64,000 nt of DNA from Vampirovibrionales bacterium (GTDB lineage Bacteria > Cyanobacteriota > Vampirovibrionia > Vampirovibrionales > Vampirovibrionaceae), in NCBI GenBank assembly GCA_039794365.1, contig JBDIVN010000009.1, forward strand, positions 4,102 to 68,101, in the 5' to 3' direction. Under the pieces are notes generated by a model. That model saw nothing but the letters and a program-made list of their open reading frames with translations. It did no database searches and was not told the DNA's origin. Shown here one piece after another: positions 47,101-55,881 of the stretch. The translations under genes and the position numbers were made by a program. Numbering within the stretch: position 1 is the first letter of the stretch; each line of letters opens with the position of its first letter.

Positions 47101-48096
47101 CAGAAGGCGCTGGATCTCATGGAATCGGAGATTGAACCGGTCTTTGCCGGAAACTCCCACGATCCGGTCTTCGTTGGCGCCTGGCTGAACGCCCGGAGGC
47201 TGAAGGCGGATATGCTGCTGAGCCAGTGCCGCATTGAAGCCTTTGACATTATCAACCAGGCCCTGACTGAGGCGCAGGAGCATCAACTGGACGAGCTGAT
47301 CATTGGCCTGAAGATGGCGCGGACCCGCGGGTTTTTCCTGAAGGGCAACTACGAGAGCGGCGAGCGCAATCTGTACAACGTACTGGAGCAGATTGAATCC
47401 TACCCGCACAACGAACTGTTCATGGGCCGCTGGGGCCTGCTCGCCATCTGTCACCACGTCGAGATGGGTGACTGGAAGAATGCCAACGAGCTGATCCTGC
47501 ACAGCATATACCAGTCGGAAAAAGCCCGCGACTTCGGCACCTGGATTATGATCAACACCTATGCCGGTTACCTGGCCCTGATGGATGGCCGTCCGCGGGA
47601 TGCCCGCCATATTGTGGAGGCAATGGCCACGGAAAGCTCCGAACGGCGGCTTGCCGCTTGCGCCCTGCTCTGCTGGCGTTTCCTGACGGAGATCTACCAT
47701 GCGGAGGGGGATCTCGATCAGGCGCTGGACGTGGTGTCCAAGGCTTACGAGATTGCCGCCAAGGACGAGGTTCGCAATGGGCTGGAAACCTTCCGTCTGG
47801 GCCTGGCCAAGGCGAGAATCCAGCTGGCGGCGGGCCAGTTGAAGGAAGCCGGAACGCTTTTGCAGAACCAGTGGCCGAGGATCAAGCAGACCGGGTTCCT
47901 GCCCCTGATCGCCGACAACGCCGCCGCTATCGGCGAACTCTACAAGACGCTGGCCGCGCATGCGCCCGATGCCGTGAAGCAGGCGAAGCATACGGACCGT
48001 TCGCTGGAATTCTTCGACATCAGCTACAACCAGTGGAAACAGCTGAAAAACACCTACCGCATGTCCCTCGTGGCCGAGCAGATGCCCGGGGACTAG
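44116..48096 (+). CDS. STAND-type NTPase: zinc ribbon + degenerate class III cyclase-homology domain + AAA(P-loop) + TPR
   Basis: N-terminal CPACG..(17)..CGNCG ribbon. A CHD-like block (FALISVELMNY...RIGIDIE) lacks the metal-binding Asp. The Walker A is CATDGMGKS, and the C-terminal ~600 aa is TPR-like. Confidence 0.65.
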   Translation: MRESPDMPLGEGGPSGAESSTERLVPCPACGFHNLREQNFCGNCGKQLPAAAAPVGPDLPSMQESAAQEPASAESAGPLTHPEPSGPAEPEGEFESLSTLDEFALISVELMNYVQLASAVDDPAMARAFLDDCISGIEERVTVANGVVESVRNNILFLSFPREKSLRNSVDEAIRLSLELLEKPVHFNGMPVKIRIGIDIENAHERKPMTSATERSVATPGSAVVSERIYQFIEKRYNVEPIGPLRVGERMVTYYRLLKPKKAVVPQLDILSDDHEAVAGGPLPEESSLGTPVEVMPDYFGPEAPPEASDEEWDAASQEGSDETQWGGTAAPAPPISPVVPGVDPELMQSIGIDPALLVDVPDLSRVNVAGGMMPQVPGAPRMPVPEIPEAGQPETPRRDDTLRTPSGYCPPLYKTVRTPRSPNTTYEKAVHALAAELKGFIGDEGAGGCIVSLCATDGMGKSYITNNLLLKELIPDPRNPGVIWFAGHNYHCYGSKQLPLFLFYEMFHNSLPIMLEGADAKEIRNWVSQTMNQVYEGSASEALIDFFCDFLSVNPLEPVSVQTLDRMGNVEEYFVDFIGRMARRMPMLMVIEDLDQADVATLDLLVRLIEKGLLKHRICLMLTYARDFHPEGRLAQILSMNPHKEFVLADLTREEIERFLSSGPFAGTLDTLSAAHIENLLTYSKGRTIYLMEAVAYLQVKGVFLVDQETGRLYPNPEVDQGALMLPASLQEMIAYRLDLLTDDQRYVLQVASVLGERFTLRVLVDLCQYETDTIKEILEYLTVQQFIVSDFALTGQFRHRVIWDLVYHRMDPAVREDLHKLASEYLEDLSRKQITVNPGLIAYHAELGGMPNRAFQYWNMAGVWAAQLGAPVGMNMALSHALGLIEGRDDDEAAELRARLRENLGVLNIDDDPEFSVTLLEEAVAFYRERQNSARMIEGLGYLASGYEELGSLQKALENLDQSLQLISRTQYPQEYALMQVNKLEYLYKLGRYQKALDLMESEIEPVFAGNSHDPVFVGAWLNARRLKADMLLSQCRIEAFDIINQALTEAQEHQLDELIIGLKMARTRGFFLKGNYESGERNLYNVLEQIESYPHNELFMGRWGLLAICHHVEMGDWKNANELILHSIYQSEKARDFGTWIMINTYAGYLALMDGRPRDARHIVEAMATESSERRLAACALLCWRFLTEIYHAEGDLDQALDVVSKAYEIAAKDEVRNGLETFRLGLAKARIQLAAGQLKEAGTLLQNQWPRIKQTGFLPLIADNAAAIGELYKTLAAHAPDAVKQAKHTDRSLEFFDISYNQWKQLKNTYRMSLVAEQMPGD

Positions 48097-48140
48097 AGCC
48101 TGAACCGTCCCCGATGTATAATCGGTCGAGAGCGCGGTAA

Positions 48141-48224
48141 GCCCCTGTGGCGGAATCGGTAGACGCTGCGGACTTAAAATCCGTTGGCCGCAAGGTCGTG
48201 TCAGTTCAAGTCTGACCAGGGGCA
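48141..48224 (+). tRNA. tRNA-Leu (anticodon UAA), class II with long variable arm
   Basis: The cloverleaf folds by eye: acceptor GCCCCTG/CAGGGGC, anticodon loop CTTAAAA and long variable arm. Confidence 0.85.
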
Positions 48225-48390
48225 CATCTTACACAAATTCACCTTTCTTTTTACGCTTGATGGAGACCTTAAAGAAGAAGTATATATGCCTACGTGCATT
48301 TTTGTGACAATGGTGGTTTTTCGCAAGGGATTTTTGCACTGGAAGAAGGTGAGCGGAGTATACACATTTTAAATGTAAGGGTTTGTCATA

Positions 48391-48536
48391 TGGCCACTCT
48401 AACAAAACAAATGAAGCTTTCTGATAACGAGATTCGAGACATTAATAAGCACCTGGAAGTAGGGATACCCCTCCCGGACAAGTACCGGTTTCTGCTTTTT
48501 GAGGACAAAAAAGAGGTAGAACTGGTAAGGTAGAGG
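48391..48536 (+). pseudogene. N-terminal fragment of a Mod/MmeI-like N6-adenine DNA methyltransferase
   Basis: The 48-aa ORF ends ...DKYRFLLFEDKKEVELV*, exactly where these methyltransferases have the ELVW.GK motif. It is low-GC. Confidence 0.4.
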
Positions 48537-48544
48537 ATGTCCCC

Positions 48545-49279
48545 GGTGAGCTGCGGTAGAAGTGAAAGTGCGTCCGCCTGGTGGAACCGGCAAGGGGCAC
48601 CGCCGAAGACGCCCTGGTTGATCACCTTGCGTTTTGTTTCGAGGCGAGACCAGGTTGGGGCCAACAAGCTCTCCAGGCTGCCATCCGTAAAGCGTTTAGG
48701 GTTCAACTGCTGCCAGTCTCGAAGACCATCAAGGGTTTCGGCGAACGGCCTATTGCTGGTGCCCAGGGAAGTGGGAAATGCCACGAACTCATTCGTCATG
48801 TGCCATAGCAAGACCGTAAGGAGGGCCTGTTTTACGCAATCGGGATGCCGTCGTGCCCAATAGAACCCGCCGTCGAGAGCACGGGCATGTCGAGTCGAGA
48901 AGACGGAGGGACAATACGTCTTTTCGATGAATCCAGGGCTTTCTTCTTCCGGCAGGGCCTGTGTAACCCACAGGGCGTCATCTGTGGCGATGGTGACGCG
49001 GTTATTGGTCAGGAAGGCCGCTGCAAGGATGTTCGAGCGCAGAGAGATATCATTGGCGATAACCTCCTTGAAACCTTGGGCTTTGGCATACATGGAGACT
49101 GCGCCTCCGCCCATGAACAGGTCAATAAAGCGCTTCTCGGGCCATTCAGCCATCGGAACCGCCTTATCCAGAACGCCGCCAAGCCATCCTAAAAGTCGGC
49201 GTTTCCCGCCAAAGTACGTGGGTAACGCCCGCAGGGTGTGTTGTAATGGGTGTGGCATGAACTCACTCCTTTCCCACAC
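48545..49279 (-). pseudogene. Dam-like (alpha-class) N6-adenine DNA methyltransferase lacking the C-terminal catalytic motif
   Basis: YFGGKRRL (motif X) and DLFMGGGAVS (motif I) are present. Translation becomes low-complexity junk where DPPY is expected (~48545), and it abuts the convergent methyltransferase fragment. Confidence 0.5.
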
Positions 49280-49345
49280 CCATTTTGAGAATAGACGCTA
49301 GAATTGACTTTATGCGAAGATTTAAGAAATAACGACAGCAACAAT

Positions 49346-50167
49346 ATGTTGAGTCATTATTCCTTTCTGCGTAACACTTTTGAAAAGTTCCTGATCGAGA
49401 CTACAAGTTCTATTCAGGCAGAACATGCGCATGCGGAAGGGATGAGGGATTATTTGTTTCGCCGTCAAGGGGAAGAAAGATCACCTTACAGACAGTTCCT
49501 TCAATCACTGGGCTTGACAGAAGAAGAATTTGAAGTGAGATTTCTCAGTCCCTGGAAGGATTTGACGGCTGAACAAGTTCAAGAGGTAATAAAATACTGG
49601 AATTTTATTTTCAGTGGGCGGAAAAAGGTCTTGCTGGGGGCGATGCCGATTAATGAACACTTGGCCCTGCAATGGACTTTAGTCAATGTGGTCGAGTTAA
49701 ATATCTCCGGCCTAGAACTCTTTCGTCCCGATTATGAAGAGGTTCTGGCCCAGGAGTCAGCGCATCAGAAAGACATTATTACCTATATGTTCGTTTCGCC
49801 GGAGCATGCGCTGCCTCAGAGACAGTGTCATTTCTGTGGCCGCTTGGATAAAGACCCACGGGGTAACGTCTTTGGACATAAAGGGCTACGTTTCTGCCAT
49901 TTGGAGAACTGCCCGTCTGGTTCAAACGCTAGCAATCACGAAGTTCATTGCTGCTGGGCGACATGGCGCAGGCTGAAAATGAACTTTAGAACGGCCCTTG
50001 ACCGCTGCGGGCCGGATAAAAGCCGGGCTAAAAAGATATTCCAGGCTTTCTGCGAAAGACGCTATCAGGAGAATCTCCAAATGCAGATCCCCGTTCGACC
50101 AGCTCAAGAAAAAAGAACGGAATGGAAGCTGGTTTTCGAACCTAAACAGCCAAATACAGGAGAGTAG
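49346..50167 (+). CDS. hypothetical protein with C-terminal Cys/His cluster
   Basis: Low-GC ORF. CHFCG...HKGLRFCHLENC...HEVHCC suggests a zinc-binding module. Confidence 0.35.
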   Translation: MLSHYSFLRNTFEKFLIETTSSIQAEHAHAEGMRDYLFRRQGEERSPYRQFLQSLGLTEEEFEVRFLSPWKDLTAEQVQEVIKYWNFIFSGRKKVLLGAMPINEHLALQWTLVNVVELNISGLELFRPDYEEVLAQESAHQKDIITYMFVSPEHALPQRQCHFCGRLDKDPRGNVFGHKGLRFCHLENCPSGSNASNHEVHCCWATWRRLKMNFRTALDRCGPDKSRAKKIFQAFCERRYQENLQMQIPVRPAQEKRTEWKLVFEPKQPNTGE

Positions 50168-50248
50168 TTAATGAGTTTGTCTGTAGCTGGTTATAATGTT
50201 GCAGAGTGCCGAGTCCAAGGGATTATCTTAACGCCAGGCCTAGGAGTC

Positions 50249-50530
50249 TATTGATCTGAGCCCATAAAGGCCCCGCTCATCAACGCGGTGATATCGGGCG
50301 CGGTGGCACAGGCCAGCGTCGCCCGGAGTTTCGTCCCGTTGTCCACATGCACGGTGTAGGTCTTGAAACCCGCCGCCGAGAAGGTGTCCCCAAAGACATA
50401 CAAACGAGTGCATAGTTTTCGCCGTCCAGCGCTACTTCAATCGTGACGGTGCCACTGTCGAAAGTGCCGAAAACGACGATACTGAAGGAATTACCCTCCA
50501 CCTTGGCGCTTAAGAGAACCGGATCGCCGG
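50249..50530 (-). pseudogene. high-GC gene fragment with internal frameshift
   Basis: Reverse-strand translation gives ...VEGNSFSIVVFGTFDSGTVTIEV... in one frame and ...FGDTFSAAGFKTYTVHVDNGTKLRATLA...MSGAFMGSDQ* in another. It is a short GC-rich island within AT-rich DNA. Confidence 0.35.
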
Positions 50531-50648
50531 AGCCGTTGGAGGTTTGCTCACAGGGCCTTCTCGTGGCGGGTGGTGTGGTGTGTTAAAACCCTTTAAGAGG
50601 GGATTTCTTTATAGGGGAGTCTTTTTTTGCTAATCTTAAAAGGTATTC

Positions 50649-52169
50649 ATGGCAATAAGGCGTGGACAAATGGGCTTGAATTTCAGGTTGGCATTACTCG
50701 TATGGACGTTGGTTCTGGTTTTAGCGAACATTCCTTCCGCGGAAGCCTGGAGTCCGCAGGGGAAGAGCGGCATCTGCGGGTACTGGAATAACCATTGCCA
50801 GGGTGGAGGCGATAGTTCTTCTCCCCCTTCCGACTGGGATATCTGGTTGCGTTCCCCTGCCCCAAGCACGACACCTTCCACTCCCTCTGGACCCTCTCCC
50901 GCACAAGTCTTACGGGAAATGAGGGCGATTGAAGCGATAGAAGTTAATGGCCAGGGAAACAAGTATTTCGAGCAGGGCAATTACGATGCGGCCATCGCCG
51001 AGTATCAAAGAGCACTGAAACTCAATCCGAGAGACAAGCAAATAGCAAAAAACTTGAAAAAGGCCCAGATGTTCCGGGAAAACGAACTGGGCTTAAAGTA
51101 TTACCGCCAGGGCGATTATGACAAGGCAATTCCCTATTTTGAAAAGGCGCTGAGGTTCCAACAACACGAAAGAGTTCGCCAAAACCTGCTGGATGCCAAA
51201 TCGGCCCGGGAAAACCAACTAGGCCTGGAATATGACAAGCAAGACAATCTCGATGCGGCCATTGCCCAGTATGAGAAAGCGCTGAAAATCAACCCGGACG
51301 ACAAGGCGGCAGCTAATAACCTGAAATCCGCCCGGGAAGACCGGGACTACAACAAACGCCAGGTGTACTACAAGGAAACCAGCCAGAAAATCGATGCCAT
51401 GATGGATGATCTATTGGGGGCGTTAAACCAGAACAGCAAGACATCGGCCCCACCGGTGTCCGCGACGAATGCCGGTCTGCCGTCGGGACGCATGGCGTCC
51501 GCGCCAATGGGGCCGGAAGCGGTTCCCATCGATGATGTTTCGGCGGCGGTGGATCCCTCCAAAATCCAGCAGAGGCCCCACCCCGAGAAAGGGCTCAAGA
51601 TCAAGGACGTACCACCACCCCAAGAGGTCATCCCCAAAAACGATCCCTACTATGCAACATCCCGGGCGGATATCATCCTGGATGCCGTCCAGCACGGCAA
51701 CAAGAACTGGAACAAAAGTGTCGAATACCTGGAAAACTACCTGGCCACCCAAAACCCGGATAACCCCAAGGTCAGGGAAGCCTTGGGCTATGTGGAGGGG
51801 ATGCGCGATTTTGCGATGATCGTGGGGGATGCCGAAGCCCTGGGGGAAGATGCCAAGACCCAGGCACGGAATGATTCCCGGTGGCTATTGGAAGCGGTTT
51901 CCGGGAAGGGGACACGCCGCTGGCCTGGGGATGAAAACCCGGACCCCGGCACGGTGCCGCCCAACCCGCTTGACCCCAGGACCCAACGCAGGGATCTGGT
52001 GATCGAAGCGGTCACCGCAGGCAAGGGCGATGGGCAAGCCAGCCTGGATTACCTGGAAAAGCGGATCCAGGCTAACCCGGATGATGTCCCGGCCCGCGAG
52101 GCGCATGCGTATCTCAACGGGTTTTACGGACGCCTGAATTTTGAACAAACTCACAACAGGGAGCAATAA
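50649..52169 (+). CDS. secreted TPR-repeat protein
   Basis: Signal peptide, then repeated G.YD.AI..Y.KAL..NP TPR units, a Pro/Ser-rich linker and a C-terminal region. Confidence 0.55.
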   Translation: MAIRRGQMGLNFRLALLVWTLVLVLANIPSAEAWSPQGKSGICGYWNNHCQGGGDSSSPPSDWDIWLRSPAPSTTPSTPSGPSPAQVLREMRAIEAIEVNGQGNKYFEQGNYDAAIAEYQRALKLNPRDKQIAKNLKKAQMFRENELGLKYYRQGDYDKAIPYFEKALRFQQHERVRQNLLDAKSARENQLGLEYDKQDNLDAAIAQYEKALKINPDDKAAANNLKSAREDRDYNKRQVYYKETSQKIDAMMDDLLGALNQNSKTSAPPVSATNAGLPSGRMASAPMGPEAVPIDDVSAAVDPSKIQQRPHPEKGLKIKDVPPPQEVIPKNDPYYATSRADIILDAVQHGNKNWNKSVEYLENYLATQNPDNPKVREALGYVEGMRDFAMIVGDAEALGEDAKTQARNDSRWLLEAVSGKGTRRWPGDENPDPGTVPPNPLDPRTQRRDLVIEAVTAGKGDGQASLDYLEKRIQANPDDVPAREAHAYLNGFYGRLNFEQTHNREQ

Positions 52170-52171
52170 AC

Positions 52172-53233
52172 ATGCCCCGAAAGATTGTGAATATTCTCCT
52201 GCTGCTAACGGCTTTTCTAGTTCTGGGATTCACCGGGATGGCGTATGCCGACCCCGACCCGTGTGACAAGGCGGCCCGGCTTGAGAGCTTCGAGAAGGGT
52301 CTGATCGCCGCTGATCAAGAGCAATGGGAAGAAGCGGCGGCGCATTTTTTGGCCTGCGGCAAAGACGGCATTCGTCTGTTAGACAGCCCTCTTTCCAATA
52401 AACGCTTGTATGAACCGGACACCTTGCTGAAACTGGCTTTGACCTTTGACAACGCCGAAGGTGGAAATCTTTTTGCCGCCAACTATTATCAGGCCTATCT
52501 GGCGATGGAACCGGGTGCACCCAATGCTGCCGCTATCCGGCAGCGTATTAATGAAATTCTGGATGCCAGCGAAGCACTGGCCAGGAAGCTGACCATCAAT
52601 GCCGAGGAAGCGCTTCGGGGGCAGGCCAAATCCTATGATGAAAAGGATTCGTATTTCTATGGGAGAAAAATTGGTGATTTCATACACAGTCAAACCCTTC
52701 ATCGCGCTGCCTCTTCCTTGGACTCAATTGCAACTGCGAAAGTCTATCAAGGTGATTGGAACCGAGATACATGGTGGGATCTGGCCAGGACGTGGAAGCT
52801 GGATCAGGATTTTTACGTGCGTAGATTGGCTCTGGTTATTGCGCTAACCAGAACCGGCGACAAAAAAGGCATGGCATGGCTAAACGCTCGCCTTTCTCCA
52901 GACATGAGGCAAGAAACAAACGATTTTATTTCTCAAAATATCTCCTGGATTATGGGGCCTTCTATCCCGGATAAACCGCCCAGTGAACCGGAAAAGGCAG
53001 TGGCATACCAGTACATCCGTAATAATGCTTCACTGAACGAATATTTTGATGATTATGACACAAAACGCTTTGTCGATTCTCCGTCCTATTGGGAAAGAAA
53101 TAAGACCCGCAAGATCAGTCTGCCCGATAAATTTGCCGAAGCCGCAGAAGTGCTTAGCGAACGCGTTTACCTCATTCGCCGGTTGGAGCCCTACCGCCAA
53201 GCCTTGTTAGAGAATGCTAGAGGTGAGCAATAG
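52172..53233 (+). CDS. secreted hypothetical protein, tandem paralog 1
   Basis: Signal peptide MPRKIVNILLLLTAFLVLGFT. It shares motifs (AAFE.GL.AA..EQWE.AA.HFL, GG.L.AA..YQ.YL, ARKL..NAEE, VYLGDWDR) with the next two genes. Confidence 0.55.
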   Translation: MPRKIVNILLLLTAFLVLGFTGMAYADPDPCDKAARLESFEKGLIAADQEQWEEAAAHFLACGKDGIRLLDSPLSNKRLYEPDTLLKLALTFDNAEGGNLFAANYYQAYLAMEPGAPNAAAIRQRINEILDASEALARKLTINAEEALRGQAKSYDEKDSYFYGRKIGDFIHSQTLHRAASSLDSIATAKVYQGDWNRDTWWDLARTWKLDQDFYVRRLALVIALTRTGDKKGMAWLNARLSPDMRQETNDFISQNISWIMGPSIPDKPPSEPEKAVAYQYIRNNASLNEYFDDYDTKRFVDSPSYWERNKTRKISLPDKFAEAAEVLSERVYLIRRLEPYRQALLENARGEQ

Positions 53234-53249
53234 AAAAAGGAACATCAAC

Positions 53250-54302
53250 ATGCCCCGAAAGATTCTGAACATCTTCCTGCTGACGGTTTTTCTGGTGTTA
53301 GGATTTACAGCCAAGGTGCATGCGTTCGAACCTTCGCCGGAAGCCGTGGCCGCCTTTGAGGCCGGGCTGGCGGCAGCAGATCGGCAGGAGTGGGAGCAAG
53401 CGGCAGAGCATTTTTTAAAGGCCGATAAATACCCTATCCATTGGTCTTTTAACTATATCAAGCATCAATATAATTATGATCCGGCCCTTTATTTAACGCT
53501 GGCAACCACTTATGACCGCATCGAAGGTGGTAATCTGGTAGCGGCTTTTTATTATCAGACTTATTTAACCTTATTGCCGGATGCGCCTAATGCGCAGACC
53601 CTCAAGCAGCGTATTGACGACATATTAGACGAAGGCGAGGCATTGGCCCGCAAGCTGGCCGTTAACGCCGAGGAAATCTACCAACGTCACTTAGACGGTT
53701 ATGATCACTTCACCAAAAATGCCCTAAGAGATGTCATAAGCATGAATCTTCAACAACTGGCCGTTGCTAAAGTCTATCTGGATGACTGGGATCGGGAGAA
53801 GTGCTGGAACATGGTCAGGGCGGGAGATCTTAACCAAGGGCCTCATCCGCAGAGTGCACACAATTTGGCCAGAGCACTTGCCAATACCGGTAATAAGGAT
53901 GGACTCAGATGGTTAGCCAGCAGTTTTCCACCGGGCAGTGACAACCGTACCAGGATAGAGAGAAGTTACTTCAACACTCTGGATACCTATCCTGAAAAAT
54001 GGAACAGAATGACCTATGCTGAAAAATTGCTTGCTAAGCCAGAACAACGGCATATCATTGATCATTTTCTATATTGGTTCCCATTGAATTTTGCTTCATA
54101 TTCCCAATCTTCACATGACTTCATAGACTCTTCCACGTACTGGATTAGCTATAAATCCAAATATGATGAAGAAGAACTTTATTATTACTTATCTATAAAG
54201 TTTCCTCAAGCCGCCGAGACTCTCAGTGAGGCTGTCTATAAGCTTCGCCAACTGGAAACATACCGACAAGAAATGATGGAAAAATTCGTAAACAAGGAAT
54301 AG
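53250..54302 (+). CDS. secreted hypothetical protein, tandem paralog 2
   Basis: Same leader peptide and motifs. It is preceded by a conserved AGAAAAAGGAACATCAAC RBS block. Confidence 0.55.
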   Translation: MPRKILNIFLLTVFLVLGFTAKVHAFEPSPEAVAAFEAGLAAADRQEWEQAAEHFLKADKYPIHWSFNYIKHQYNYDPALYLTLATTYDRIEGGNLVAAFYYQTYLTLLPDAPNAQTLKQRIDDILDEGEALARKLAVNAEEIYQRHLDGYDHFTKNALRDVISMNLQQLAVAKVYLDDWDREKCWNMVRAGDLNQGPHPQSAHNLARALANTGNKDGLRWLASSFPPGSDNRTRIERSYFNTLDTYPEKWNRMTYAEKLLAKPEQRHIIDHFLYWFPLNFASYSQSSHDFIDSSTYWISYKSKYDEEELYYYLSIKFPQAAETLSEAVYKLRQLETYRQEMMEKFVNKE

Positions 54303-54318
54303 AAAAAGGAACATCAAC

Positions 54319-55278
54319 ATGCCCCGCAAGATTGTGAATATCCTCCTGCTAGCAGCCTTTCTGGTTTTCGGGCTCACCGCCAAGGGGTATACCGAATCAA
54401 CATCCGGGGAGATGACGGCCTTTGAGAAAGGATTGGCCGCTGCTGAACAAGAGCAGTGGGAAGAGGCGGCGGCGCATTTTTTGGCAGATAAAAGTCACCA
54501 GCGGGTTTATGCGGATACGGATACTCTTTTAAAACTGGCTTTAACCTTTGATAACATCGAAGGTGGAGATCTCTATGCCGCCTTCCTATACCACCGGGCA
54601 TACAGGGGCATGGAACCGGACGCACCCAATGCCGCCGCCATCCGGCAGCGCATTGACGAGCTCCTGGATGCCAGCGAAGCCCTGGCCAGGAAGCTGGCCA
54701 ATAATGCCGAGGAAGTCTTTCGCGGACGGCAGAAATCCTACGACAAGAGTGAACACTGGTTTTCCGGCGCGGATTTGGATAACGTGGCCGTAGGTCTTAA
54801 TTTCCTTGCCTCCGCCAGAATATACCTGGGCGATTGGGATCGGGAGGCATGGTGGAGCCTGATCAAGGTATGGAATGTTGATCAGTATAATTCTTTGAGC
54901 ATGGATTTACCCTCGGCGCTTGCCGAAACGGGTAACAGGAAAGACCTTCAATGGCTAGTTCCCCGCCTTTCCCCAGAAAAGCGGGAACGCGCAAAAAGCT
55001 TGGTGGATGATATGGATGATTATGTTCGTACTCTTCCTGAATATTCTGATGTAAATTACTACAGCCTGGTGAATTTTCATTCTGATCCACGACGGTATGA
55101 ATTTGTAGATTCCCCAGCCTATTGGAAAAGTTTAGAAGAGACTTCTGGTAACCAGCTTTTTATTGGCTGGAAGTTTGCCCATGCTGCATTCGCCATGAGC
55201 AAGAATATTTATAACATTCGCCAGTTACAAGCCCGTCTTGATCAGGCCACGATGGAGAAATACGGGAAGAGGCATTAA
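54319..55278 (+). CDS. secreted hypothetical protein, tandem paralog 3
   Basis: Same leader peptide and motifs, with an identical upstream RBS block. Confidence 0.55.
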   Translation: MPRKIVNILLLAAFLVFGLTAKGYTESTSGEMTAFEKGLAAAEQEQWEEAAAHFLADKSHQRVYADTDTLLKLALTFDNIEGGDLYAAFLYHRAYRGMEPDAPNAAAIRQRIDELLDASEALARKLANNAEEVFRGRQKSYDKSEHWFSGADLDNVAVGLNFLASARIYLGDWDREAWWSLIKVWNVDQYNSLSMDLPSALAETGNRKDLQWLVPRLSPEKRERAKSLVDDMDDYVRTLPEYSDVNYYSLVNFHSDPRRYEFVDSPAYWKSLEETSGNQLFIGWKFAHAAFAMSKNIYNIRQLQARLDQATMEKYGKRH

Positions 55279-55596
55279 AAAATACTCGACCGGCCCAGCT
55301 TGTCGATGACATCTTGGCGGTAAGCGGGGTCGTTCTTGTACCGGGGATCTTTCATCGCCTCGGTCAATTCCGCCGTGGAGCGGAAGACCGTCGCAGCGAT
55401 GGAGGGGATTCCAGGGCGCTCAAGTTCTCATTTGGATTTAAAAACCGAACATAAAGTGCTGTTAATATGATGTAGGGCTGAAGGACTTAAAGAATGTGGC
55501 CGGTCTTGGATACAACCAGATAAATGCAGTGCCATCCCCTCTCGACGACTGAGACTTATAATAAGGGATAGGTTCAAACAGAAAGTGAGGCTTTGA

Positions 55597-55758
55597 ATGG
55601 CATTGGTTGATTGTGTCGAATGCGGGCAAAAGAGGAGCAATGACAGTCTTTCATGTGCCCAGTGCGGAAAAGTGGGCTTTCTAACCCGGTTTGTAGTAGT
55701 TTTGGTTGTTATGGCCTCGATGCTTCAGATCTTAGGGTTTGGCTTTATGGGCAAGTGA
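55597..55758 (+). CDS. possible small zinc-ribbon membrane protein (53 aa)
   Basis: MALVDCVECGQK..(10)..CAQCG, then a hydrophobic helix. AAAGTGAGG lies upstream. It is below the ORF-track size cutoff. Confidence 0.3.
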   Translation: MALVDCVECGQKRSNDSLSCAQCGKVGFLTRFVVVLVVMASMLQILGFGFMGK

Positions 55759-55881
55759 TAAGGTGGCCTCTCAGAAAGGTCTGAGTTTTCCATTCCCTAT
55801 TTATTTTTAAAGACCTACTCGGCTCTTCGAGGGCCCAATGAACTGGGCTGTCGTTTCTCTTTCCTCGTGCCAAGTGTCTTG

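Noticed and set aside
55281-55420. Short minus-strand reading frame ending ...AELTEAMKDPRYKNDPAYRQDVIDKLGRSSIF*
   Set aside because: It looks like the 3' end of a gene whose 5' part is replaced by the third tandem paralog. With only ~45 codons it cannot be assigned. It may be an island-internal remnant.
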